Positions 36,662 through 49,715 of a stretch of 64,000 nucleotides of DNA are shown piece after piece. The position numbers and the translations under genes are program-made. The notes below the pieces were generated by a model. That model saw only the letters and a program-made list of their open reading frames with translations, made no database searches and was not told the origin of the DNA. Within the stretch, counting starts at the first letter, position 1. Every line of letters starts with the position of its first letter. Source of the DNA: Lama glama (taxonomy: Eukaryota); contig CM052840.1 of assembly GCA_028534125.1 (NCBI GenBank), positions 7,564,001 to 7,628,000 on the forward strand, given 5' to 3'.

Positions 36662-36979
36662 TAAGAGCCAATTCCCTTTTATCTGTGTTTTCACAATATC
36701 CCATGCAAATTAATAGCACCTAGTCCCTAGGTCCATGGCCAGTAAAAATGGTTGATAGCAGGGGTTTGAACAAAATGGAAAATTCCTTCTTCAGAAGGAA
36801 TGAAGGCATCACGAGGGAGGGATCTCTGGTCTGGCCCACAGAACTTCTTACTAACTCCCAATATATAGTAACCCAGCCTTCTTCTTCCTAATTACGTCTC
36901 CTCCTTGCTCCTCCTTACACATACCTGATGAACTCGGACAGAGGCTGGGAGAGAGGCTGAGAAGCAGGTACACGCGTGA

Positions 36980-37158
36980 TCCTGAACTCCAGCTTCCTAT
37001 AAGCACCACATGGGGAGTTCCCAAAATATTACTGATGCCTAGGTCCCCCAAAGTCCAATGAAATCAGAACTCTGGGGGTGGAGTCTGGGCAAGGGATTTT
37101 ATTAATTTTTTAAAAAATCCCCAGATGATTCTAATGTGTAGCCCGTTGAGAAGCTCTG
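36980..37158. mobile_element. MER5A1-like MITE, followed by a MIR (about 37160-37345, +)
   Basis: actgatgcctaggtcccc...aatcagaactctgggggtgg...tccccagatgattctaatgtgtagcc..ttgagaa. Confidence 0.75.
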
Positions 37159-38169
37159 ACGTAGCAGAAGAGAACTGGGCTAGGAATTGGGAGGAGACCT
37201 GGGTTCAGCTCTAACCTATGTGACCGTTTATGAGCGGCTCCCCTTGGCCGAGCTTCCTTGCGCACCTGTGCAATGAGGAGGCTGGGCTAGATCTCACGTG
37301 GACTAGTCTCTCTATTTTCATCTGCCACATTCTAAGTTTTAATGATCTGAGGTCAGCTCAGATGAAGAAGGAGGGTTGGGTGGGGGATAGCAGCAGAGAC
37401 CCTGCTCCTTGACAGGGCCAGATGCACAGAGGGAGGCAGAAAGCAACGGGGAAAGAAGAGGTGCTGGATGCTAACTGGGAAGGATAAGGGACATGTCGAG
37501 CTGTCAGCTTCACTCCCAGGGACCGGGTCTGTAAGGGCCTGCGCAGCACCGGTGGATCACAGGAAGGATCTTGGGCATGCCAGCTTCTGTCCTCTCTCCT
37601 ATCTGTCTATCTGTCGGCATGCAGCTCTGCGGCAGAGAGCCTCTGTTTGTTTTCTTAAGACGATTAAGTCCTTCTAAGTCTCCCTCAGCAGAGCCTATGA
37701 TTGAAAGTGACAATTGGAGACTACCCTATTTAAAAGCTGCCACTTTGTATTAGCAAAAGGATCAGCTCAGGTTGGGGGACATTTCAGTGTTTCATTTAAA
37801 AACTTGATCACAGAGAGATGAACAGGTGTGCGCGGAGACAGGGTGGGGTGTGTGGGAAAGAAGCCTGGTTGGAGGAGAAGTGACAAGACTCCATTTTCAG
37901 CTGAGAGGGTAGCTCAACACAGGTCAACCCCACTGCCCTCATCCAAAAGGGAAAAGTAAAATGGAAAGTGGGGCAAGGATGAGGTCAGTGTGGACAGCTG
38001 ACTGAGGGCACTGAAGGGCCCATGGGGCAGAGGAGTGTGACCATCGGTCCATCACTGAATTAGAGCTCAGCCCTCAACCCAACTTAAAGCAGAATATTCT
38101 CAATGCCTTCCCTCCTCTCCCACATGAGGACCTCTCTTCCCACCCAGGCAGTTCCTTTCTTTCTTCTCC

Positions 38170-38700
38170 ACTCCTCACACAAAACTTGCTCTAAGATGTT
38201 TGTGGAGCATCTCTCCCACGACAGGCCCCATCCCGGGCACTGCGGACACAGACATGAACGATGGGTACTCTCCCGAGGACTCTAGGGGACAGAATGGTAA
38301 CCAACAAGCAGAGTCACATGAGCTAAGGGGAGGGGACTTGGCATACGGGTTGGGGCACACAGCACTTGCCAGCTGGGAGAGTAATGAGAGGTGCTTGAGC
38401 AGATTTTTGACACGAGGAAGAAGGAAATTATCCCAGGAAAAGAAAAGAGCAGGAACAAAGGTATGAAGGCCCAGATTCGCATGTTCCATTGGGGGAATTG
38501 CATACGTTTCAATAGAGGGGGAAGAGAGGTGAAAGGGGAGTTAGGGAGGAAGATGGAACCAGATCATGAAGGGTGACGTAGGCTTAGCTGAGTTCAAACT
38601 TCATCCGAAAGTTAAAAGGAGTCATTGAAGGGCTTTAGAGAAGAGTATGGCATTAGACATATATTTTGGAAACATCACTTAGGAGCAACAGGCAGGATAC
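38170..38700 (-). mobile_element. L2 fragment
   Basis: Purine-rich antisense L2: ccagatcatgaagggt...ggagtcattgaagggcttt...ttttggaaacatcact. Confidence 0.65.
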
Positions 38701-39799
38701 ATTAGAAATAGATAAGATTAGAGGAAGGAAGAAAAACAACGTACTCCACACTACCATGTAGAGGGCTATCTGTTCTAATGGTGCTATAGGCTGAACAGGG
38801 AGATGTTTTGCCAGGATATTCTGAAACCATGCAACACAGGCAGATGGTTTCCTTTGTATTGAGATGAAGGAAAAGACTTTCTCTCCCCTGAGCTTCTAGG
38901 TCCGGTCCTGGGGTAGGCACTCTGGTCTGAGTGTCTATAGATGGTGCTTCTCAGAGTTCCTGACCTTGACTGGGGACCACACCCACCAGGGATGTGTCTT
39001 CAAGTTGCAAAGTCAAACCTTTATCACAGGCATCTTCTAGCATTCGCCACAGTGTCTCTAGTCTGAACTTTGTTAGTCTGTCTTGTTCCTAGTTGGCTGA
39101 CAGATTCATCTCTCATTTCTTCTGAGCACTGATTGGATTTACCAACAGTAAAAGTCTAAGTGGCTTCTTGGAGAAGCAATGGAGTCCAGTGTCATTTAGA
39201 ATTAATCCCTGACTGTGAGTTCCCCAGAGGAAACTTGGCTTAGCCACTCCCGCCTTCTTCTCCAGGCCCCTGGCAGATGGGAAGTTGAAGCAATTTTTCT
39301 AATCAGAAATAACAGTGGAGGACATCTCTTCAGGCCGCTGAGCCACTGTTAGGAATTCAGCATATGAATCCCAGTTGCTGTCAACCCCCTGTGAGGGCTC
39401 TAAATCAGAATCACATGGGAACTTCAGTCTTTACAGCTTTGGGCCCATGAAAAATTCTTAGTGTGGAGTCTTGCAGGCTCTCTGGTGGCTAACTCTCTCT
39501 CTCGGCCCAGAGTCTGCCCATCCCTGGACAGTTTCTATGGGGGTTCTTACTCCCATTCCTGGTGCTATGTTCTCAGCGGGTTTCTCTAGGATCTAGTAGA
39601 AGGTATGTTTTATCTACATCAGTACTTCCACAGCCTGACTGGGCACCTGACCTAGACTAGTGCCCGAGGAACCGGGGTAGAGCATAAAAAGAATGCCTTG
39701 ATCTGAGCATACTTGACACCAATATCCTCTTTCAGCCTAACTCTAAACTCTCTCTGGCATTGTTGATATCCAGTTTCTAACATCATGATGCAAATATTC

Positions 39800-41100
39800 T
39801 AGGTAAAGAAGTTAGAATGAGCAAAGTCCCATGGAACTAATTGTAAGGCTGAATGCTGTGGGAAATGAGACTGAAGTTGTATGCAAGAGAATGGTCTTGA
39901 AGGTTCACAGAAACCTGGCTGGAGCGCTGAAGAGACAATGAAAGACTTCAGCTAAGAAAGTACCATGGTCAGACCTGCATTTAAATGGATGTGTGTGTGT
40001 GTGTGTGTGTGTCTTTACAGATGGATTGGAAACAGATACAATTAGAGGTAGGGAGACCACTTGGGAGGTTGTTTCGTGTTTATGAGAAAAGGGATGAGGA
40101 CCTGAACTAGAACTGGGGTAGGAAAGATAGAGAGGATGGCACAGGTTTTGAGACTTTTTTTTTAGTGCTCACAACTAACAGGACTTAGAGTTTGATGGCA
40201 TTTGGGTGGAGGGACATGGGTTCTCAGGTCTGGCCTGAAGACAGGTGGACGGAAATACCAGCAACTGAGATCAGAAGTGGTGGAGGAAATACTGTTCAGG
40301 GACGAGATGGTAAGCTTGTTGGATATGTTGGGGCAGGGCGTGGGGGGTGGGGAGGTCCATCCAATCTAGCCCACCATTGATTATACAAGTGTGAAGCTCA
40401 GGGAAAAGTTTTGGGGCTGTAAATATTGATTTGAGATGTATTAGTTTATATGCGGGTGTTGAAATACTCAGAGAAAATGGGAAAGGTTAGGAATATAGGA
40501 TAAAATTCTAGACTGCCTGTATTTCATGAGTGGATAGAAGAAGAGATCCTCACCCAGAAGATGAAGTAATTCATCACAGAGATATAAAGAAGGCTAATGA
40601 AGTATGGAATCACAGGAGCTAAGGTATCTAAAATTCCAGGAATAGCATTTTCAACACGTCACTTCAGGCAAGGGTATGAAAAAAGATTTGAATTTGGCAA
40701 TTAAAATTTTCCAATCATTATGACCAGAGCAGTTTCAGTAGAGTAGTGAAGGCTGCAGGCAGACTCAAATTCGTTTGAGAATGAGAGGAGGGTACAGAAC
40801 CGGGGTCCTAGAGTATAGACAAGTCTTTCAAGAAGTGGATGAGAAAGGGAGGAAAGAGATTGGGTCTTGGCCAAACAGGAGTGTGGAGAAGAGTTCTAGT
40901 CTGTGTGTTTAATGGATGAGATAAGCTGAGCACGCTCACAGGCTGAAAGGAAGGCTTGTCCATAGAGGGAGAGATTGAGTTTGACAGCGGAGGAATGTCT
41001 TGAAGATGTGGGGGAGAGGGTGGAGCCAAGGGCATCCTGGTAAGCCTTGAAGAAGAGGAGCTCCTTATTCTTTGATGCTAGGGTGGGTGTGCCTAAAGAC
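39800..41100 (-). mobile_element. L2 LINE body
   Basis: gtagggagaccacttgggaggttg...tgaggacctgaactag; atgaccagagcagtttcagtagagtagtg; gtatagacaagtctttcaagaag. Confidence 0.75.
39990..40012. repeat. (GT)11 microsatellite
   Basis: Seen directly. Confidence 0.9.
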
Positions 41101-42104
41101 ACCTGTATAGGTGGGGATTGTGGGTGGGAAGCTGTGGACATCACTCTTGCTAGCCTCCATCTTCTTGATGAATAAAGCAAACCCAGTTGGTACTGAGTGC
41201 TGTGGAAGGCTTGGGTTTTCTCCCTCCTTCTCTGTGCTCGCCAGTCAAAGCCACCAACAATCACACGTAAATGGCTCATTCTAGACCACAGAGCAAGGCG
41301 TCATCCATTGTCCTGGCTGAGCCCACAGCTCCCTGAGAGTGAACAGGGCATAAGGTTTGAATCACAGTACTGGTGAGTAAACCTAGCTAAGCCAGGACCT
41401 GCCCAAGATCACAGAGGGAATGAGAAGTTCTGGAACTGGCAGCTGCTCTCTCTGCCCCATCCCTCAGCCAACCCACAGGCAGGAGAGAAGGAGGGATGGG
41501 CATGATTCAGCCGGGCCATCCCCACCACGGACGAATGACGGGAAGTCAGAAGAGCAGGTGCACTCCACGGCTTCCAGGTCAGTCCTCACCCGGCAGGTGC
41601 AGCCCAGGTGCAGATGTTTGCAAAGGCAGCCAGCCCCCAGCCCAGCCTGGGGGCGGTGGCAGCCACTCACCCTCCATTGTTATGCTTAGCTCTTCTCAAG
41701 GGGGAATCTTCTTGTTCCTGAGACCAAGGAGCTTTTGATTGTGGAGGAGCAGGGTGTTCCCGACTTTGATCTCTCACAAATCAGGTCTTTGCACACTCCC
41801 AAGAGAACGTTTTACACTTTAAAGGCTCAGAGCTGGCTGTCTCTTTTGCTCACCTGTGGAACTGTTTTTTTCCCTGTCTTCGGCTCATCCAGCAAAATGG
41901 GCCCCTGGGCAACCTGCCCAGGACAGGGTCAGTGAAAATCGGCTACCCAAGAGGGCCCCTGAATGAATGAACGAGCCAGCGGCAGCCCAGATCATTGTGA
42001 CACAGTCTCCATCCCCAGCTCGGGGCTGACGGGAGCACCTACTGTTAACGGTGGAAGAGTCAGAGTAACAGAAACTGGGAAGCCTTGCTTACCTGCACAA
42101 ACAG

Positions 42105-42310
42105 CACAGGGAACTCTTCAAAGCACACCCAATGCTTGGCCACTGAGGCTTCATTGCCTCTGTGGGGTGGGCTGGGTGGGTAATGCCACTTCCACTTTGC
42201 AGATGACAAAACAAGAACCCGGAGCAAGTCACCTGAGCCGTGTCAGGTAGGGCAAATCCAAGGTGATAACACACACCTTCAGACTCCTTACCTTGTACTT
42301 CTTAACCTTT
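42105..42310 (-). mobile_element. MIR SINE
   Basis: tccactttgcagatgacaaaacaagaacccggagcaagtcacctgagcc. Confidence 0.65.
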
Positions 42311-43594
42311 CTGAAGGCTCTTTAGGGAGAGCCGGACAACCCCAAACAGGCTGTCCAGGGCAGTGCCCTGGGGAAAAAAAGAGGAGAGTGCCAACCTTAG
42401 AAGGTTTCAGACTCCATAGCAACAGAGCGCTGAACTTGGGGGTTAGAAGAAGATTCTGGTCTCAGCTCTCTCAAGCATCAGCAACTGGAAACTTGAACAA
42501 ATAAACATAAACTTTCTGAACTGATTCTGTAGTTAAACCCGTCTACCTGTCACATAGGGGAAAATGGACAAGGTAAATTATTTGAAATTCTCTTGTGAAT
42601 TGTTAAGTGCTCCCAGCAAGTAGGCGGTTATTTATCTTCACTCTTATTCCCCTCTGGAATTTCGTTTGGGTGGGCCTGGGCTCGCAGGGGTCTGGAGTCC
42701 CCCCAGGTTGTCCGCAAGCCAGGCCAGGAACAGCATCTCCTCAGTACGCACCTCTCATGCTTTTCTGGATGAACGTGGCTTGCCCTCGTCCTGTCTTTAT
42801 CCTAAGGGTGCTAGACAGAACAGACCACCCAACCCCCTCACGGTTAGGGGAAATCTGTATTGCGGTCCCTGGGCCAGAGCTCTTCCTGCAGTTCACTCCG
42901 GGCATCCTCCTCCCTCCCCTGCCCAGCGCCCTCACCACGTCCTTATGGACTGAGAAAAACCCTGCAAGCATAAGCTGGCTATTTAGCTCAGCTTGGAATG
43001 GCCTGGCGAACTGTTAGTAAACAAAAGTGATTTTCCTTAATCAGGTCTGGTCACACGTGAGAGCTGTAACTGTCCGAGTTCCACCTGCTACTTTCTAATC
43101 CTCCTCGCCCCCCTGCCCCACCCTCTGGGGACCTTGGCCTGGCCCTCCTCAGCTCTCCGTTCCCCACCTGTTGCTGTGATTTCTTTGGTGGTGGCCAGGG
43201 GAAGGGGCCTCCCAGAAACCAAACACTGGCCAAGGCCAGAGGAGCCAGCCTCCCACCCCCGCCCACACCTTACCCCTGGGAAAGCTGGCTGTACACGGGG
43301 AAGTCGCCCAGAACTGGAGTCACCTGGGGCTCCTTTCCAGGCACCAACTTACAGCTGTGGGAAAGAGCCCTCTTCCCAGTAGCATCCAAAGAAAGAAAAC
43401 ACCGACTTACTGAGACTGGGTTTCAGCCTCGATGTGTGTGGGGTCGCTGGACACGAGCTTTTGCATTCATCATCCTGGCTTTTCTTTGCTAGCAGTCCAA
43501 GCTGCTTACCATCCCCTGTACACACCCTACTTATTCCTGTCTCCTATCTCTGCTGATGTCCGTCCCTTGCCTCAGATACACTCTGATATTTATA

Positions 43595-43830
43595 AATCTC
43601 TCGCACTTAGCATTTCAAAAGACTTTCGTGTGTATGATCTCATCCAGTGGATCATATCATGATCCTCACAGCAACCCCGGGGGGGATTTGTTATTACTAT
43701 TATTTAAATTATTATCCCCTGTTACATTGGAGGAACTGAGGCCCAGGGAGGCTCAATGACTTGTTCAAAGTCACATCAGTAGTTACAGAAAGAGCTGGAA
43801 TTAGAGCAAGGACTTCACGTCTCCCCCTCC
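43595..43830 (-). mobile_element. MIR SINE
   Basis: gatcctcacagcaaccc...attatcccctgttaca..gaggaactgaggcccaggga..aatgacttgttcaaagtcacatcag. Confidence 0.85.
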
Positions 43831-43924
43831 TGGGGCTTCTTCGCTGCCTCGTGCTGTGTCCCTCTCATCACTAACACACCTCCCTGGGAGCCTCTAGGAG
43901 CTGCTCCTGGGGTTCTTCTTGCCC

Positions 43925-44392
43925 GCCCAGCATGTTCACCCCTGTTGGGTTATAGTACCCCACTTTCCCCTTGAGAAACCGTCCCCATTCCTTCAGCTCA
44001 TGTGATTTTGGTGGGACTGACTTCATCCCTGGGCTCTGGGGGCAAACACTTAGTCAAAGCCAGCCAGTCCGAGCCTCGTGTCCCTCTGGCCACAGCGATT
44101 GGTTGAGAGAAGAACGTGTGACCGAAGCCAGCACGAAGAAAGGCACCACGTCTTCCACTGGAGTTGTCTGGGAAGAGATGCTTTCTTTCTGCCGAGATTC
44201 CTAAATCTGTAGAAATGTAAGCATGGAGTTATGGAACCACCGCTGAAGAATGAAGCTGACAAAGAGGAACGCAATGCAAAGAGGGGCCCGGGGGAGCCAT
44301 ATCCTGAAGACATTGCTCATATTGGTGGATTCCACCATGCCTGAAGTTGGTTTGAATTGGGATTGTATCAAAAAACAGAGCCTTGACTAATT
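43925..44392 (+). mobile_element. MaLR solo LTR (MLT1K/L-like)
   Basis: ccctctggccacagcgattggttga..gtgtgacc; gaagaatgaagctgaca; ccatgcctgaag; ends gagccttgactaat. Confidence 0.72.
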
Positions 44393-45639
44393 TAACCCCT
44401 GCCCCTAGCCCTCTTTGTAAATCCCCCTTTTAGTCCTTGCGTCTATGTCTCCTTATAGGGTCCACTTACCTGTTGCTCTGGATTAAATGTCCATATTACA
44501 TGCTTAGGTCTTTCCCCTTCTTTGTCATAAGCACTTTGAAAACAGGAACTTTCTTCTCTTCTCCCTTATTTGTGTGGTGCAAGGTGCTCAGAACATCTGG
44601 TATGAATCCCACCTCTATCACAAGCTGAATGGTCTTGAGTGGATAACTACTTTCTTGAAACTCACTTTTCAAAAAATCTGCATGACAAGACTTAAAACAG
44701 TAAACTTACCTTTCAGACTTATGATGATCAAATGAGGCAATGACCATAGAAGTCCTTTTTGAATTCTAAAATTCTGTTCCAGTTTAAGAGATGACTGAGA
44801 ACAGTATCTGGCATATAGTGTGCATAACAAAAGTGTCTCCTAAATTAAAAAATAAATGAAAATAATTGTTGAACTCAGCTTTTGTGTGTTGCCATCCATT
44901 GCTTAAATTCTTTGCTTTATGAGTAGCTTGATGGTAAATTGGGAACAGAGCATTTGGATGCTTTAGTGATTTTTGTTTTTAATTGCAAACATGTCACTAG
45001 AGTTCCTCATTAGCTGAGCATCCATCACCAAGTGAGAGAAAGTGTCACCTCTGGGAGAGGTGAGAAGACATAAGGCATCTCTTCCATTTTCATTGAGACT
45101 ACATGCAAGGCTGGCTTGAGCACCACCTTGGAGCTAGAGTACAGCTGGTGTTGGAGGGGAGTAAAATGAGGGAGTATCTACCATCTTAGGCCACAACTGC
45201 TCACTCCACACCCCTCCCCACCACCAGTTTCAACCATTAACCAGGCTTCCCCAACCCAACTACAGAAGTGAGATCAGCTTATGACATTGCCCTCTGGGAG
45301 ACATGCACAACTTTCAACAGCCTTCCTGTAGAACTTCTTTGGTGCCCACAACGTTTTTGTGTGCACATTGAGGGAGTGTGTGGTGACTTTAGTTCCTTGT
45401 TGGTTCCAGTTGAGAAAGAACTCCTGAGTTGGAAACTGAGGTCAGTGAAGTTCAAAAGCAAACTCCTGGTATCCTCGCCCTTTTCAGATTCCTGGCCAGT
45501 CACCCAAATGAACTTCACTCAGAGAATTTGAAAATGCCCTGAGGAAATAGTTGTTTGTTAAACCATTTTGTACGGAGGATCAGGAGAAGTGAATGTCTTG
45601 GAATCATGTCATAAACTTCCTTTTTTGGTGTGTGTGTGA

Positions 45640-45855
45640 TGAATTTTGAGAACTTCTCTGTGCTAGGCCCCATAATGAGCTTGGGACATGCAATGTATCA
45701 TTTTATTCTCAACTTGTCTCTCTGCAGGAGGTTGTCTTATTTCCCCCTTATAGAAAGCTTTAAATAACTCTAAAAAGTCTCATTGCTACCAAGTGGCAAA
45801 GTTGGGTCTTAAACTCAAGTTTATTTCATTCTAGGGTCTGTGCTCTTCCTAGCTA
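45640..45855 (-). mobile_element. MIR SINE
   Basis: tgtgctaggc...tcattttattctcaac...aagtggcaaagttgggtcttaaactcaagt...ctagggtctgtgctctt. Confidence 0.6.
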
Positions 45856-48800
45856 CCCTCCCCATCTATTCTGAGAATCCATGGTGTCCATGCTTCTCTC
45901 TTAACAACTGGTACTTGTTGAATTATGTACATTACCACATATATGTACATATGTATTATACATCATCATAAACTCATCAAAGTTAGGGATTGAACACTAG
46001 CTCCATCTGCATTGCTAGCAGTGAGAACCATGGTGAAAAATGCCACAAAATAGTAGGTAGGTGGATGGATGGAGTGATGACGAGATAAAAAGAAATGCCC
46101 TAGAGGAACCCTTTAGTCTGGCCTCAAGGGCTTGACAATCTAGCAGGGGAGACAAAGCATAAATATATGAAAAATGAATAAATGAATAAATAAATAAATA
46201 ATTAAAATAAACTCTGTAATACAGTGATGATTATAGAACAAATGAATGGCAAACTCATGGTGTTAATTCTCACAGAAAGATGCGTGTCTTTGAGCTGGTT
46301 CACACTAGAAGATCACTGAGTATTTTAGTTCTGACTCTCTATTTCACTCCTTCTTAGGCTCCAAGGGAGTCCCTCTGCCCAGTGGCCTCAGTCCCATCCA
46401 GAGCGTGTCCTGTGTGCCCCTGGGGGAAGATGCTGAGTCAGCCCTAGTTTATGATGATTGATGGCCACTCCCAGATTATTCTCAGCCTGTGTGCAGCCCT
46501 GAGCTTCCTCAATTTCCCTTTAATTAGCTTCCCCCTTTCTTCAGCTCCTCCCAGGGAAAGTAAACTCTTGTTGCTCCTAAGAAATGTTTCGCCAGTTCCC
46601 ACCCTTTTGGAAGTTACCCTACGGAATGTGGGTCAGAGAGGAAGTAGTCCTTCCTCTGCCTAAGTGTGGCTGCCCTGTTCCCTCCCACTTCCCCCCTCCA
46701 AGCTCAATTCAAGGTCACCCCTGGTAGTCTTGGCTTTATCCTACTTGGGAGAGTCCTCAGGCTCCGGAGTGCCATAAATACTCCTCATATCACTTCTTCC
46801 ATTTTATTGGCCTGATTGAACCACCTCTTCCTCACTCCACCCTCCTTGCACTATCTCTGATTCTCTGATCTTTCAGAATCCACAGCTGGGAACCTCTTGA
46901 GAGGTGCTTCTAACATGCCCAGAGGTAAATCAACTTGCTTTTACTTCTCTCAGATAAGGAGCAAGTAGGAAGGAGTCATTTAGCTGGCTGCATTTCCAAA
47001 ACTTTCTGGAAAACAGGCAAGTTGCCAGACCTGATGGGTGAAGGTTGCCACACTGTAAAGTTGCCCTTTTCCTAAGAGAACTATCCCAACTGCTCCTTAA
47101 ACTCCTCTAAACTTGTCATCTTGCTGGCCTGCTCCTTTTCTTGAAGGTGTGTATGTATTACATGAAATTCTGTTGATTCAGGATCCAGGCCCAGGCATAA
47201 TTATGAAGCAGGTAGAGCTTTCTTGGCAGCCTCTTGCCTCCTCATTCTGAACCCCCCGCCACATTGCACACAGTCAATAATCCAGGCACCACAACGCAAT
47301 CACCACCTGCTGTGTGGTGAGCCTCCCCAGCCTCTTATTGAAAACATATTTTCAGAAACCTAGGGATTTTCCCAGGACCATGGTCTACCTTCCCACTAAC
47401 TAATGTTATTCTTTTTTTTTTTTCCATCTGTGGGGATGAGAGAGAAGGGGAAAGGAAGGGTAGAGAGAAGGGAATAACTGGGTTCAAGAATTGCAGGTGA
47501 ATCCAAGTATTACTTCATGGAATTCTTCATGGTGTGTTGAAGATTCCTCACTGAATGTTCATCTTCCTCTTCTGGGCTCCTGAAGGCAGTCAGAGGAGGG
47601 GCCCCCACTAACCTGGAGCTCTTCTCTTCCCTCTGTCTGGATTTTAGAGGTGGAGCTGGGTCAACCCCCTGCACAGGTAGCTGGGCGCTGGGCTGGAACA
47701 GAGGAAGGGTCCATTTCTGTGTGTCCTCCAAAGGCCCTTCTCTTTTGCCTCCCTTCTGGTTTCAGTGCTTCCCAGTTCCCTCCACCCTCAGCTCCGGGAC
47801 CCAGCTGCCGGCTGGAAGGGCAAGCTGTAAAGACACACCTGGTGCTACGTGAAGCAGTGTCCTGCTTTTGAGGTCTCCTCCCCGCAGAGTATTTGAAAGT
47901 CTGAGTTCTCACACTAGGCTGTCATGATTCCACAGTTGAACTCCACTTCGGTCTATTAAACTCAAGATTGCATTTATTGGGTACATGTAATGATGGGCGG
48001 TGGATGGCAAGAACCTAACTTCTCAGGGCTTTGGTTTCCTTGTTTGCAAACTGTGGACCAAGTCAGAGATTCTCCAAGCCCTCTGCACATGAGGACTGCT
48101 AGAGAGCTGTATTCTTGTGCCATAGTTCTATAGTCAGGCCCAGGGGTCTGCATGTTAAACCAACCTCCTGGTCATTTTGGCACAGATCATCCAGAGAACG
48201 CTGGATCAGGTGGTATCCAGAGCTGTAGATCTATGAACTGATGTCTAAGAGCCCCTCCTGTGACCATCAGGAAGGAGCCCCCCTGGAAGACAAGAGCCTA
48301 ACTGTTAGCCCAGTAGGAAAAGGGGGTTGGAGTTTTCATTTAGGCTTTTTCCCTCAAAGGAGCATCACCACAGAGGATGAACTTCATGAGTAGGTGGCTA
48401 CCAGCAGTGGCTACCAGCAGGGTTGAAATCTTGTGCTGATAACCAGTCCCTTCCCCCAAATATTTTTATGGAGTAACACTTGAGTTTTGAAGTCTTCAAG
48501 AATCCTCACATTACGATTCAAATTCTCTTGGAATACATGTAGCTGAATGTAACTGAACAGCTATGGCAATAGCCGAAAGATGGGTTTTGAGGGGAAGAAC
48601 ATTGCAAAGTACAAATCATGCTGGACTCTGAGGAGGCAAAGGATTCCTGGCATGCAGTGGCCTACAAAAGTGTGGGGATCAGAGACACATGGAGCAAAGG
48701 GGTTAAGTCAGCCAAGGACTGTGGGGGGTGCTGAGTCTGGACTGGACGTAGGTAGCCTCACGTTTCTTCTAAACTGGAGCTTTTTAAGTCCTGCCCCTTG

Positions 48801-49467
48801 CTGTGTGGTCCAGGGGCAGGAGAGGAGTCTTGTGGAGCATGGTTACCGTTAGACTTCCCCAAGGATTTCCCCTCCTCTGCTCCAGCTTGCCATTGGCAAG
48901 CACGCATCCTGCAAGAAGTCTTCTCCAGGCACGCCCCTCTCAGCCCCGGCCCCCGCCATACTGACTTGCTCTCATGCTCTGTGCGTCCTATTCCCTTTGC
49001 CCTGCTTGTAATGGCGCGTGTTTGTCTGCTGCTTTGAAAGGCTCTTGGATGGCGCACCTTGTATGTTTAGCTTGTCTCAGACAGCAAAGTCCTTGAGGGC
49101 TTCTATTTTGTTTCTTCCTCCAGTGCTCGGCGAAGGTATTTTCTGTTTGTTTGCTGACCAACTGACACCTACTTCTACCTAGCAGGCGATTTTCCGGATG
49201 CAACTAGACCAGCAGGTTTTCGGGGAGGGAAGGAGCAGAGGGCCAGATGCTGCATGTCCTCCCACTTCCCTGGGGACGGCACCATCTCAGTGTCAGTCAC
49301 TAGACACATACTGCTTGTCTGGGGACACCCTTCTGGTAATACGCCCACCAAGTTCACTGACTGGCCAGTCAAAGGGAGCTTCTGCCTTAGTTTCCAAGAG
49401 ACGGGAGTAGGATGGACTGAGCTGTGAGGCAGAGATCTCATTCTCCTTTGAAGGGGATACTGTTTGC

Positions 49468-49715
49468 CCTAGTGGTTTAGAGCCTGGGCTTTGAAGTCAA
49501 GCAGTCGTGAATCCCAGTTTTGGCTCTACCTGTTGCCAGCTAACTTTTTATGAATTTCTCAATCTCTATGAGCCTCAACTTTCCCAGCCAGAAAATGGGT
49601 ACAAAAATAGAGTATCTATCTAATTGATTTGTTGGGGGCAGGGATGAGTGAATAGGAAAAATGATGCCATTGAAACCCTTTGCCCAGTGACTGGCACAGA
49701 GTGGGCACTCCAAAA
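49468..49715 (+). mobile_element. Near full-length MIR SINE
   Basis: tagtggtttagagcctgggctttgaagtca...ctctatgagcctcaactttccc...aaaatggg...cagtgactggcacagagtgggcactc. Confidence 0.85.

Noticed and set aside
40330-40352. Canonical G4 motif ggggcagggcgtggggggtgggg
   Set aside because: Sits inside a purine-rich antisense L2; such motifs are common and nothing indicates function.
46451-46505. Possible C/D-box snoRNA (ATGATGA ... CTGA)
   Set aside because: Too short, no terminal stem and no evident rRNA guide; other ATGATGA instances also lack the structure.
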